Below, piece after piece: positions 21,235 through 30,984 of a stretch of DNA of 64,000 bases. The DNA lies in contig CAVSTP010000002.1 in assembly GCA_963730935.1 (NCBI GenBank), positions 704,001-768,000 on the forward strand. The letters are read 5' to 3'. The translations under genes and the position numbers were made by a program. Position 1 is the first letter of the stretch, and every line of letters begins with the position of its first letter. A model generated the notes under the pieces. That model did no database searches. It was not told the DNA's origin and saw only the letters and a program-made list of their open reading frames with translations. The stretch comes from an uncultured Nitrospiraceae bacterium (GTDB lineage: Bacteria; Nitrospirota; Nitrospiria; Nitrospirales; Nitrospiraceae).

Positions 21235-22743
21235 GTGCATGACGGGAGCCAATTTGTGAGCAGTGATCGCCCAGTCCGCCGTGTCATCGCCGTGGCGCCC
21301 ATGCCACCGGAAAAATCCGCCTATGCCCTGGCACGGTACAGTCGCTCGCCAGATTCGATCGAGCACAGCATCAAGTGGGTCCACGGGCATTCGTCCGAAA
21401 AATTCTGGGAGCAATTCTATTTTGACTACGGCCACGCGTCGATTGCCGATTTAGGCCACGTCATCATTTGCTTCGAAGACATCACCGAACTGGCCGCCAT
21501 CCGGCTGGAGGATGAACCCGTGTGGGACGGCCAGGCAAAGTCGAGTCGCTACCAAAATTTTGCCTCGGGCGGATGGTATGTGCCGGACGCCATTCATGGA
21601 AGCGAAACCGAGGGCACCTACCACGGTATTTTGCGGAGTCTCGGAGAAATCTACCGGCTCCTGCACGAGCCGCTCGTCACGTTCCTCACAGAGCGGGAAC
21701 CGCGCCCGGATGCGATGAAGCCTGGCGACTATCAGCGAACCATCGACGCCCGTGCCTTCGATGTGACGCGGTATCTGCTGCCTCTGGCCTGTAAAACCAA
21801 CGTTGGACAGGTGGTCAGTATTCGCACGCTGGAGAAGCAGATCACGAGACTGCTGTCTTCGCAACTTCCCGAACTTCGCATGATCGGCGAGGATCTGAAG
21901 GATGCCTGTCAACGGCCACCGATGAACGTGTGGGGAGAGCTGTCAGGCCAAACCGGCGGACTCAACGAGCCTATGGCGCCGACCCTTGCGCGTCATGCGA
22001 AGGCAAACGACTATCAGGCCACCGTCTATACAGATCTGGCGCGGTACGCGAAGGAAGCGCTCCGCGGGGCGGGAGTGGATTCCCCGGCAACGTGGGGAGT
22101 GCAAGAACCTGTCGATTTGATCGAGCCACACGATCCGCTGGATGAAACGGTCGCGACGCTGCTGTACCGCGTGTCGCAGGCACCGTATCGAAAGTTGCTT
22201 GCGGTCGTACGTGACTGGTCGGAGAAACAAAAGCAGGATACCATCGCCGTGGCCTTGAGCAACCGCGGACCGTATGACGAATTGCCCAGGGAGTTTCGCG
22301 CCGGATACGCGTTGACGTTCGACGTGCTCATGGACATCGGAGGCTGGCGGGACATGCACCGCCATCGCCGCTGCCAACAGATCCAACAGAACTTTACGAC
22401 CGCTCACGGGTATGAGGTGCCCCCGCCGTTGGTTCAGGCCGGGCTCGACGCGGAATATCGCCAGGCCATGGACGCGGTGCGCACCGACATTGACCAGTTA
22501 AAGAAAGTCAGCGGGGAGGCGGCGCTGTATGCCATCCCGTTCGGCTTCAAAGTGCGCTGTCTGTTCAAGATGGATTTTGCCGAAGCGGAGTATATCGCGA
22601 AGCTCCGCTCCGGGGTGAAGGGCCACTGGTCCTACCGGACCATCGCCTGGCTGATGAAGCAAAAATTGACCGAGCGGTATCCCGCCCTCGGCATGCATAT
22701 GCAAGCCACCTCGCCGGACATCGAAGACACGCTGACCAGATAG
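21235..22743 (+). CDS. thyX: Tandem-domain flavin-dependent thymidylate synthase (ThyX-like)
   Basis: ARYSRS, YGHASIADL, KSSRY, FDVTRYLLP in the N-half; RDMHRHR and ELR-like AKLRS...GHWSYR in the C-half. Confidence 0.8.
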   Translation: MHDGSQFVSSDRPVRRVIAVAPMPPEKSAYALARYSRSPDSIEHSIKWVHGHSSEKFWEQFYFDYGHASIADLGHVIICFEDITELAAIRLEDEPVWDGQAKSSRYQNFASGGWYVPDAIHGSETEGTYHGILRSLGEIYRLLHEPLVTFLTEREPRPDAMKPGDYQRTIDARAFDVTRYLLPLACKTNVGQVVSIRTLEKQITRLLSSQLPELRMIGEDLKDACQRPPMNVWGELSGQTGGLNEPMAPTLARHAKANDYQATVYTDLARYAKEALRGAGVDSPATWGVQEPVDLIEPHDPLDETVATLLYRVSQAPYRKLLAVVRDWSEKQKQDTIAVALSNRGPYDELPREFRAGYALTFDVLMDIGGWRDMHRHRRCQQIQQNFTTAHGYEVPPPLVQAGLDAEYRQAMDAVRTDIDQLKKVSGEAALYAIPFGFKVRCLFKMDFAEAEYIAKLRSGVKGHWSYRTIAWLMKQKLTERYPALGMHMQATSPDIEDTLTR

Positions 22744-22753
22744 CTCCTCTCCC

Positions 22754-23794
22754 ATGAGCCAGCACCAAACCACCTGTGAAGCAGCGCTACTGAGTGGAGC
22801 GTGGGAACGGGCGGCCGAGGCGGCGCTCGCCTGGGCGCGACACCCGGAGCCGACCGGCTCGCGCGATCCGCGTTCGCATTTCATCTTGAACGTCGTGCAG
22901 TTGATCAAGGGACAGTTTGCCGAGGCATGGGCCAGCCATGCGCTGTCGCTCCATGAGGTCGACGATATTGCCCGGGTCAAAGTGTGGGTCGAAGGACTGG
23001 TCGCCGGCCACCCTGATCAGGCCGCGGTGCATTTGGTCATGGGACTCTTCTTGTCGCAGTCGGGCCAATCTGAACTTTCGATGCAGTCCTATAAAACGGC
23101 CGCCAAGCTGGCGCCGCATTCCGCCCATCCCCACTATTTCTTGGCGCAAATTCACGAGCGGGCTGATCATGTGGAGATGGCGATCAAGGAATATCGAGAG
23201 GCGGTCAGGCTGGATCCCGGCTATGCTCCGGCCAGAACGAACCTCGGCGTCGCCTATCAGGAACAGGGGCGGTTAGAAATGGCGATCCCCCAGTACCGCG
23301 AGGTCATCAAGCTGAACCCGAACGATGGCGTCGCTCACGCGAACCTGGCCTGCGCGCTGGCCGAGCAGGGCAAACTACAAGCGGCCTTGCTGGAATATCA
23401 GGAGGCGTTGCGGCTCAATCCACGGGACGCCGAAGTGCATTTTGCGCTCGGTGGCTTATATGAAGACAAGAACCGTCCCGATCTCGCGATGAAGGAATAC
23501 CGTGAGGCCGTGGCGGCCAATCGGGATCTCGCGCCGGCCCATTCGGCGCTCGGCTGGATGCTCTTTGACCGCGGCCATCGTGAGGAGGCCATGGAATGTT
23601 TCAACCATGCCCTCCGCGCTGATCCCGAAAATGCGCGGGCCTATTTGGGCGTGGCCAAATGCTATGCGAGCCGGGGAAAAGTACAATTGGCGATTGAGAA
23701 CTACACGAAAGCGATCAAGTACGAGCAGGACCCGCAGAAAAGGAACGACATCATGAACAAGCTCTACAAAGAAGGCGGGACGTGGGATACGTAA
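22754..23794 (+). CDS. TPR-repeat protein
   Basis: Repeated 34-aa units (ARTNLGVAYQEQG, AHANLACALAEQG, AHSALGWMLFDRG). Confidence 0.9.
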   Translation: MSQHQTTCEAALLSGAWERAAEAALAWARHPEPTGSRDPRSHFILNVVQLIKGQFAEAWASHALSLHEVDDIARVKVWVEGLVAGHPDQAAVHLVMGLFLSQSGQSELSMQSYKTAAKLAPHSAHPHYFLAQIHERADHVEMAIKEYREAVRLDPGYAPARTNLGVAYQEQGRLEMAIPQYREVIKLNPNDGVAHANLACALAEQGKLQAALLEYQEALRLNPRDAEVHFALGGLYEDKNRPDLAMKEYREAVAANRDLAPAHSALGWMLFDRGHREEAMECFNHALRADPENARAYLGVAKCYASRGKVQLAIENYTKAIKYEQDPQKRNDIMNKLYKEGGTWDT

Positions 23795-23836
23795 AAGGGA
23801 TGGTTGGACTCGTTGCTCCGGTACAACGATGACTCA

Positions 23837-23888
23837 GGCAGGCCACGGCGAACGAAGAGTTCGGAGGGGCGACTGAGAACGAAGCCGG
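23837..23888. repeat. Degenerate copy of the intergenic repeat family
   Basis: CGACTGAGAACGA is an exact 13-bp match to the reverse complement of the 40686 element; also GGCC.C.GCG..CGAAGAG. Confidence 0.45.
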
Positions 23889-23901
23889 AGTAGACAGCCA
23901 A

Positions 23902-24171
23902 TTATAGCTCGCGGATGGCGCCCTGGAGGACCGTAATTTGCGTCACCGGGTCTCCCGAACTCTTCAACTCTTTGCGGATCTGATCCTTCAGGTAGGACGA
24001 GTAGCCGACACGATCGATCAGAAGATCAAGGAACCGCTCGGCTGGAAGCAGACTCTGCGCTTTGAGATCTTCAATGGTTTCGTCGCTGACGGGCACATAG
24101 GTGCCACCGAGATGGAACACCACATTGTAGTAGCGTCCCTGACCGATGCGTTCGAACCGAAGCCCCTTCAC
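23902..24171 (-). CDS. Small hypothetical protein (about 89 aa)
   Basis: GTG 24171 behind AAGAGG; protein-like composition; co-oriented with the dab operon. Confidence 0.65.
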   Translation of the reverse strand: MKGLRFERIGQGRYYNVVFHLGGTYVPVSDETIEDLKAQSLLPAERFLDLLIDRVGYSSYLKDQIRKELKSSGDPVTQITVLQGAIREL

Positions 24172-24256
24172 AACAGTACCTCTTGAGCCAACGCCAAGCC
24201 GCCCATTGTAGACAACTTCCTGTCGTGATGACAAGGGCAACGGCGCTGCGCCAGGG

Positions 24257-24595
24257 TCAGGCCTGTTTGCCTTTTTTTGCGAAATATTCTTGGCGGCTCA
24301 CAGCGACGTCCGCAACGAACATCACCCCAGAATGCCGTTCAAACAGCGGCCGCAGCCCCGCCAGGATCGGCTCGACCTTCTCCTCGGGCACCACGGTCAT
24401 GATCATCTCGAGGCTTTCCTGTTCGCTGAACATGAAATGCGCCTCGCGCACGCCATGATGGCCCTTGCCGGACACATTGCCGACGATCGTGTACCCTGTG
24501 GCATTGACGCGGTCCAGCAAATCGGTCACAAAGGCCCGTTGCTCGCCCGCCACGATGACGCGGATCTCTTTCATCGGATGCAATATCAGACCCAT
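24257..24595 (-). CDS. PII-like signalling protein (SbtB/DUF190-type)
   Basis: MKEIRVIV, GYTIVGNVSGKGHHG, MTVVPEE, GVMFVADVAVSR; AAAGGAG RBS before ATG 24595. Confidence 0.85.
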   Translation of the reverse strand: MGLILHPMKEIRVIVAGEQRAFVTDLLDRVNATGYTIVGNVSGKGHHGVREAHFMFSEQESLEMIMTVVPEEKVEPILAGLRPLFERHSGVMFVADVAVSRQEYFAKKGKQA

Positions 24596-24647
24596 TCCAC
24601 ACTCCTTTCCCACGCCCACTCAGATCGTTCTTGTATCCACAGACGCC

Positions 24648-27600
24648 TTATGGAATGGCGTTCCACACTCCCTTCGGGTGATATCGATACCATACTCCAT
24701 CCTCAGGATCGAAGGCGACGAGATGCACCCACTCATTATGATAGTAGTGCTGGAGCACTTCATGCCGAGAGATCAGTTTATCGATCCGCTCGCGAGGCGC
24801 TTCAATAATGGTGAGGAGCCGCATGGGTTCGTGGTACGGCATCGGGCCGTTCATGACCGTTTGTCTCGCCAGACCGAGCCGAAGATCGCTCCAAGGACCG
24901 GACATGATGCCGAGGCGACCAACGACATTGTGATAAATTTTGCTGCCACTGCCGTACACGTCATTATCGACGGCTGAAAAATAATGCTCCATGTTGATCC
25001 ACTGTCCGACGACTTGGGGAGCCGTCAAGAGCACTTCCAATAGTCGGTTTGTCGGGTCTTCACGGTAGTCATAGGAATGGAGGAAGACGCGGCCTCCCAG
25101 GTCAAGACCTTTCGTCAGTTCGCGTCGCCCGATCAGAAATGCCGTGTTGCCTGACAATCCCCATTCCGGGCGAACCTGGCTCCAGTCGACGCTGCGTCGC
25201 CGGACGTGGGCCTCAGCTTGTGCCTCCTCGAGAGGCTGCAGGACGTCGGGAAAGCGTGCGCAGCGTTCCAGGCTTGTCAATGCCGAGGCCGCCCTGAGAT
25301 CCTCTTGAAGCCGCGCAAGATCGGCGCGATGCGTCGGCGGCACATCTTCAAGGTCGAATAGATGCACCTCGTCGGTGGTGGTGTCCATCTGGCCGGCAAG
25401 GAAGTGCGTGTCACCGGGAATATCGATCCCCGCCTTTGTAAGCCGTTCACGAACCTTTTGATTGTTGGCCATCATCGCCAGAGAGCGGGCGTTCGGCTTG
25501 CCCTCGTTGCCTCCGCAGGCCCCGCAGTCGAGCGCCGATTCGTATGGATTGTTATCCGAAGTGCTGCCATGCGCGCAGAAGAGGACAAGCCGGGCGAAAT
25601 TCTTGGTCAATCCCATCATGCGCAGAGCGGTGTCCACCGTCAACGCCTGCTCTTCGAGAGTGAATCCCGTCCGCGTGATCCGCTCTTTCTGACGGGATGC
25701 GGATCGAGCATTCAGGTCATATTGGCGTCGCAGGATATCTACACAACTGCGCACCGAGTCCGCCGAAAGACCGGCAAGGCTCGCCGCTTCCTGCAATGCC
25801 GTGTCCGGTTCATCCGACTCGCTCAGCGCCTGTTGGCGGAGGCCCTCCAGCAGCTCAGGAGTGATACGGGATGCGCGGAGGCCGAACTTCTCCTCCAGCG
25901 CTTTTCGAACCACAGTCTGCTGTTCCGTAACGAGCATCTCGGCGGTTTCGTCGGGCGCCAGCTTGTCGACGGTGAGCGTCGTGGCGATTGACGGGACGAA
26001 CAGCCGCCTCAGCCACGCGGTCCAGCGCCGGTACAGCGCCGGCACCAACGTCTTGCCAAAGATGGGAAGACTGTAGAACCAACCCAACGATTCCACCATG
26101 ACGTATGGCGTAACGACGTTTTCTTTCAGATCGTGCAGCAGCGTGTGGCCGGCCCGGACCCACTTGGCACGTGCCTTATGTTTCGACACCCGATGGTCCA
26201 GATAACTCCGGGGAATTTCCCGCACCTCGTTCCTTGCCCGCATGATGACCGGAAATTGTTCGGTGTCATGTTCCTTGCCCCAAGCCCGATAGCGAATGAA
26301 GGCGGCGAAGAAGCCCGCGAAGCCGTAGGTCTCATGTCGACCGGTCGATTCGAGATGGCGGCGAAACGGCTCGGATCGTACGTCGATGCAATAGACCGAT
26401 TGCGAATAGGGGCGGAGCGAAGCAGGGGGACTTCCCTCTGCTCCCGATTGCTGGTCGGCCGTGCGGCGCAGCTGGGTCAGGAGGGGGGCTTGATAGCCTG
26501 CCTCAAACGCCTTGAGCCAGACCGGTCCATGGTCGGATTCTGGAAACGCCTCCATCCATTCGATCACCTGCTTGAGGCTGTCTGGCGAGGTTTCTGTGAG
26601 GCCTATCGGATCGATATCGAACGACCGTGCCAATGTCACGAGTCGCCTGGCCATCCCTCGTCTAGCGGCATCCTGTTGGCGGGGAACCACCTCGGTCCGA
26701 TACCGCTGCAGCACCGCGCCCCATCCGTTCCGCTTCTGATGACTCAGCCGGTCGATCTCCTCTGCATAGAGCGCCGGCAGACGGCCTGAGACGCGTTGAC
26801 GCCGCAGGTAATATTCCTCGGAATGATTTTGCATGAAGGCGATGACCGCATCGTAGCGACCTCCAATGCCGAGCATGTCCCGACATGCCTGCTGCACCAG
26901 TTCGCGGGCGTACCAGAGGCGAATAGCGAGGTACTTCACGAGCCCTACAGGATAGGCCTGTTGCCAGGGATAGTCGCGTTCCTCTTCACGCCACTTGATG
27001 AAGCCGGCCCAGCCAGGGAGAGCCGTCAGTTGTAGCGAGAGGTAATCTTGTCTGAGCTTTGTGGGGACACCGAGCGCGTCTAAATGTTCGAGGAGCGCGT
27101 CCTCCGGGTAGTCAGGCAGCTGCGCGATCTTCCGTTTGCTGTCCGCGATCCCACAGGGCGACCATTCGTGAGCGACCATCTCCTTCCAGGCTCTGTAAAA
27201 GCCCTTTTCGCGTTCTGGCATGGCCCAGGTGGCATGACCTTCGTCGAGAAAGGCTTCGCACCATTTGATCATCTGGTCGTTGATCTGTCCAACCATCTGG
27301 GTGCCGAGCGTGTCATCGCACCAGTGGGAAAGTGTGAGCCACCGGCCCAAGTCAGCCACGTCGCCTTGGACAATGGCGTCGATCCGCTTGCTCAAATCCC
27401 GCAGGGGCATCACTAAGGACAGCTTCTTCGCAAGGCTGTCGATCAAGTCACCGGAGTCATCCGGCAGCTCGGAATCGAGCGGCTCCACGACAGGATCGCA
27501 GAGGCCCTCGATCAAACAGGCTCGCAACACTTCCGCATGCGTCAGCTTCCGTGAGCCGATGAGGACCTGACTTTCGCGAGCCAGCGACTTTAGGGCGGCG

Positions 27601-27863
27601 TCGAGGTCCTCATGCCGAATGCGGCCTGCCGCGTAGTATTCACGATACTGGTAACTGGGGAGGTAGCCGCTGCCGCCCATGAATTGTTTCCCGCGGCGCA
27701 CGGTTTCTTCGAACGGCAGGTACTCCAGACTATGAAGGGGATTGTGGTGAACGAAGGTCCGCATCGGCCAATACTGGGCAATGACTTCGCCGGCGAGCTT
27801 CACCATGCCGCGCAGCTCCATCCGTCTGGTTTCAATGTCGATCGTGCGGTTTACCTGTTCCAC
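24648..27863 (-). CDS. dabA: DUF2309 inorganic carbon transporter subunit DabA/MpsB (beta-CA-like)
   Basis: WPMRTFVHHNPL; zinc-ligand motifs CIDVRSE, HGS and LDCGACGG; DWSQVRPEWGL, GSGSKIYHNV, HEPMRL. Confidence 0.93.
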   Translation of the reverse strand: MEQVNRTIDIETRRMELRGMVKLAGEVIAQYWPMRTFVHHNPLHSLEYLPFEETVRRGKQFMGGSGYLPSYQYREYYAAGRIRHEDLDAALKSLARESQVLIGSRKLTHAEVLRACLIEGLCDPVVEPLDSELPDDSGDLIDSLAKKLSLVMPLRDLSKRIDAIVQGDVADLGRWLTLSHWCDDTLGTQMVGQINDQMIKWCEAFLDEGHATWAMPEREKGFYRAWKEMVAHEWSPCGIADSKRKIAQLPDYPEDALLEHLDALGVPTKLRQDYLSLQLTALPGWAGFIKWREEERDYPWQQAYPVGLVKYLAIRLWYARELVQQACRDMLGIGGRYDAVIAFMQNHSEEYYLRRQRVSGRLPALYAEEIDRLSHQKRNGWGAVLQRYRTEVVPRQQDAARRGMARRLVTLARSFDIDPIGLTETSPDSLKQVIEWMEAFPESDHGPVWLKAFEAGYQAPLLTQLRRTADQQSGAEGSPPASLRPYSQSVYCIDVRSEPFRRHLESTGRHETYGFAGFFAAFIRYRAWGKEHDTEQFPVIMRARNEVREIPRSYLDHRVSKHKARAKWVRAGHTLLHDLKENVVTPYVMVESLGWFYSLPIFGKTLVPALYRRWTAWLRRLFVPSIATTLTVDKLAPDETAEMLVTEQQTVVRKALEEKFGLRASRITPELLEGLRQQALSESDEPDTALQEAASLAGLSADSVRSCVDILRRQYDLNARSASRQKERITRTGFTLEEQALTVDTALRMMGLTKNFARLVLFCAHGSTSDNNPYESALDCGACGGNEGKPNARSLAMMANNQKVRERLTKAGIDIPGDTHFLAGQMDTTTDEVHLFDLEDVPPTHRADLARLQEDLRAASALTSLERCARFPDVLQPLEEAQAEAHVRRRSVDWSQVRPEWGLSGNTAFLIGRRELTKGLDLGGRVFLHSYDYREDPTNRLLEVLLTAPQVVGQWINMEHYFSAVDNDVYGSGSKIYHNVVGRLGIMSGPWSDLRLGLARQTVMNGPMPYHEPMRLLTIIEAPRERIDKLISRHEVLQHYYHNEWVHLVAFDPEDGVWYRYHPKGVWNAIP

Positions 27864-29158
27864 GTCAGCGATTCCTTCACCGAGGTCTGAGAGCGCGTCT
27901 GATCAGTCCCGAAGAGCGTCGTCGGCGCCAGGCCCAACGCCAGGAGGACCAGGACGGCCATTACAAGCGACGCCAATTCCGTCGTGAGCAGATCCGTGTA
28001 GCGCAGATCCTGCCGTTGAGTACCGAACAACAGACGCTGGACCATCTGCATGATGTACCAAGACGAAGTGAGCCAGGCGAGCAGTGTAATGAAGAGGCCG
28101 AGGGTCGAGGGAAAGGGCGAACTCAGCAGCAACCCCATGAATCCGGCAAAGACGCCGAATGGAGGAAGCCCCATCGCGGCCAACGCCAATAATGAGAGCA
28201 GCACGGCGTATTGCGGCATGCCGGATGCCAACCCGCTGACGGCCTGCGGATCGATGTCGTCTCCATATCTGGTGCGAACGACCTGCCATGCAATCAAGAG
28301 TCCGCTCGTTGCGAGGCCGACTGTTCCAACCATTAGGGCCGCACGGGGTGTCGCGGTTCGCGTCGCGGCCACGAACCACCAGAGCATCGAAAAGAACGAA
28401 AGGCTGCCATACGCGAGCAAAAGCCGCACGCGAGACTGTGCCAGTGCCTTGATCGCGCCGTAGAGAGCTCCCAGCAAGGCGAAGAAGGTCACGGTCCAGG
28501 CGACGGTGTCCGGAACCGTCTGAAGAACGCTTGGAAGCCCGTGGAGGCCCGCGATGGGAAGCAGAACCACGATGAATGCCGGCAAGCTGCCGGGCAACCG
28601 TGTCAATGCCGTGAGGTGGCCATCGTGAAAGGGCATGAGAGGCAGGAGCACCGCGCAGGCGACCAGAGATGCCACGGAAGACACAGGTGGACCTACGCCG
28701 ACCGTCAACAAGGCGCAGAAGGCACCGAGGCCGTACGTCCCGATCCCCCACCAAGACATAGGCCAGAGGGCGCTGTGATGGCGGTAGAGCAGAATCGCGA
28801 GGATGACCAGCAGCACCGCCAAGGCGAGGCTGCCAACCACCGGCTGGCTCGTGAGGACGGACAAACCCAGGCCGAGAAGCACCAAGGTCAGGGTGCAGGA
28901 CTGCCGATAATCATCATGGGCCGGCTGTGCGAGAAGGGAGATTACAGCCGTCAGCGGGAGTAGATACAGCGGCAGTAACCCTTCCGGCGGCATCGCGAGG
29001 TAACCGGCGAAGCCAATGAGCGATCCGAAACTGATGGCGGACCAGAGGAGGGAGGAGAGTTTTAGATGGTCGGCATTCGACCAGAAGAACAGGTTCACGA
29101 GAGCTCCCAATAAGGGAGTCCCGGCCAAGAGCCACGAGAGGAGTGCGCCGTCCATCAT
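27851..29158 (-). CDS. NuoM/MrpD-like antiporter-fold membrane protein in the DAB operon
   Basis: Highly hydrophobic; LPLMPFH, LYGAIKALAQ, LLAYGSLS, GLASGMP, AMGLPPFG; translationally coupled on both sides. Confidence 0.8.
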   Translation of the reverse strand: MMDGALLSWLLAGTPLLGALVNLFFWSNADHLKLSSLLWSAISFGSLIGFAGYLAMPPEGLLPLYLLPLTAVISLLAQPAHDDYRQSCTLTLVLLGLGLSVLTSQPVVGSLALAVLLVILAILLYRHHSALWPMSWWGIGTYGLGAFCALLTVGVGPPVSSVASLVACAVLLPLMPFHDGHLTALTRLPGSLPAFIVVLLPIAGLHGLPSVLQTVPDTVAWTVTFFALLGALYGAIKALAQSRVRLLLAYGSLSFFSMLWWFVAATRTATPRAALMVGTVGLATSGLLIAWQVVRTRYGDDIDPQAVSGLASGMPQYAVLLSLLALAAMGLPPFGVFAGFMGLLLSSPFPSTLGLFITLLAWLTSSWYIMQMVQRLLFGTQRQDLRYTDLLTTELASLVMAVLVLLALGLAPTTLFGTDQTRSQTSVKESLTWNR

Positions 29159-30855
29159 CGCGACCAACCCCGTTCTCGTTTATCGAATTGGTGGACCCAC
29201 CGCATGATGGTGTCCCCCAGTAGCTGGTGGAGTTCGTCGGCATACAGGCGGTTCATGAAGGGCAAATAGAGTCGTATCCGCAAGGCGTCGATCCATGCTG
29301 GCATCCGGACGGTCCGGCCGTGGGCAGTCAGATAGAGGTAGGACCAGCTGGCGACCATGAGGATCGTGGCGGCGAGGATGATGAGATCGAAGAGCCAGTC
29401 GGGAAGGTCGGCGGCTTTAAAGTAGGAGGCGACCTCCTCCGGATCGGGATAGAGAAAGGCCGTGAAGGATTCGACGGCGAATAGATAGACGAAGACGATA
29501 AACAGCAAGGTCACCAACATCGCGGCCGAGACCTTCCAGGAGGCAACCTGCCGCAGCCTCGTCAATGTCAAGATGGCCTGTGACGAGGTAATCCAAATGA
29601 AGAAGAGAAAGATGACGGTCCCTTGCGACTCGAGCAATGGAATGCGCAGCACTCCGTGCGTCAATAGGAGAATGAACAGGGGGATCAGGAGCGTCGTGAC
29701 GGATCCGGTGATCCACGTCAGGCGGGACAAGCCCTCTTCATCTGTCTGATGGTCCGCATGAGGGAAATGTGGCTCCTGCCGGGCCTTGTGAATGACATTA
29801 CCGCAATTCAAGAACACCGTGGCCTTGAACAATCCATGCGCGATCAGATGAAACACCGCCAGTGAGAAGGCGCCCAGGCCACACTCCATGATCATATAGC
29901 CCATCTGACCGATCGTCGAGAATCCCAGAGTCTTCTTGATGTCGTTTTGTGCCAACATCATCGTCGCACCGAGGATGGCGGTCAGCGTTCCAATCACAAA
30001 AGCCACGTGCAGCGTCGCCGAACTCAGAGCGAACAGCGGAGCCAGCCGATTAATCAAGAATCCTCCGGCGTTGATGATGCCCGCGTGCAGGAGCGCGTGG
30101 ACGGGGGTCGGAGCGAAGAGCGAGCCGGGCAGCCAGAGATGGATCGGGAACTGCGCCGACTTTCCCATCGCTCCGATGAAAAAAAGGATTGTCACGGCGG
30201 TGACTCCGCTGACCTCCATGCCGAACCCGAGCGGCAAGCTAATCGGTGTTTCGGCCGCTCGAACGAACAGTTCTTGGAATTCAAGCGTCCCATAGAGCTG
30301 ATAGGCGAGCGCAATGCCGGCGAGAAACGCCGTATCCGCCACGCGCAGCAGCGTAAAGGTTTTGAACGCACCGGCCAGCGTTCCGGCGTGAGCATGATTG
30401 TGCGCGAGTACGTAGAGTAGATAGCTGAGGACCTGCCAGAAAAGAAATAGCATCATGAGATTGGAGCTGGAGACCATGCAGACCAGGACAAAATCTGTGA
30501 GGCAGATCATCGCCAGATACCGGCGGGCGTGGTGGTCTTGATACATGTAGCCGATCGAGTACTTGTAAATGATGACGCTGACGGCGGTGATCAGGGTCAT
30601 CATGACCGCGCTCAGCCGATCGACATGAAACCCAATCGGAATGGCGAAGGACCCGATGGAGGAAAGATCGTAAAACCGCAACGAAACGGGACCTTCGGTC
30701 GTGACCTGGTATAGCGTCGCGACGGCTCCCAAACAGGCGGCGCCAACGAGATAGGCGGCCATTCGCGCGCGCGCCTGGCGCGACCTGTTCGAGCCGATCA
30801 GCACCAGTGCGGCGGCGGCGAGCAGGAGCAGGGGGACCAACAGCGTAAACGTCAT
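29155..30855 (-). CDS. dabB: DabB/MpsA (NuoL-like) membrane subunit, copy 2
   Basis: VDRLSAVM, GKSAQFPIHLWLP, APTPVHALLHAG, STIGQMGYM, FHLIAHGLFKA; GAGGT RBS before ATG 30855. Confidence 0.88.
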   Translation of the reverse strand: MTFTLLVPLLLLAAAALVLIGSNRSRQARARMAAYLVGAACLGAVATLYQVTTEGPVSLRFYDLSSIGSFAIPIGFHVDRLSAVMMTLITAVSVIIYKYSIGYMYQDHHARRYLAMICLTDFVLVCMVSSSNLMMLFLFWQVLSYLLYVLAHNHAHAGTLAGAFKTFTLLRVADTAFLAGIALAYQLYGTLEFQELFVRAAETPISLPLGFGMEVSGVTAVTILFFIGAMGKSAQFPIHLWLPGSLFAPTPVHALLHAGIINAGGFLINRLAPLFALSSATLHVAFVIGTLTAILGATMMLAQNDIKKTLGFSTIGQMGYMIMECGLGAFSLAVFHLIAHGLFKATVFLNCGNVIHKARQEPHFPHADHQTDEEGLSRLTWITGSVTTLLIPLFILLLTHGVLRIPLLESQGTVIFLFFIWITSSQAILTLTRLRQVASWKVSAAMLVTLLFIVFVYLFAVESFTAFLYPDPEEVASYFKAADLPDWLFDLIILAATILMVASWSYLYLTAHGRTVRMPAWIDALRIRLYLPFMNRLYADELHQLLGDTIMRWVHQFDKRERGWSR

Positions 30856-30984
30856 GAACACCTCATTGCTATCGTGCAACGGTCCATGCGTCGCGCCCTC
30901 GGGAACCTGGAAATGCTGAGAGACACTCAAGCCGGCGGGCTACCATTAATACGGTGTCCTGACGTTCGTCAAGCACGGCGGTCC

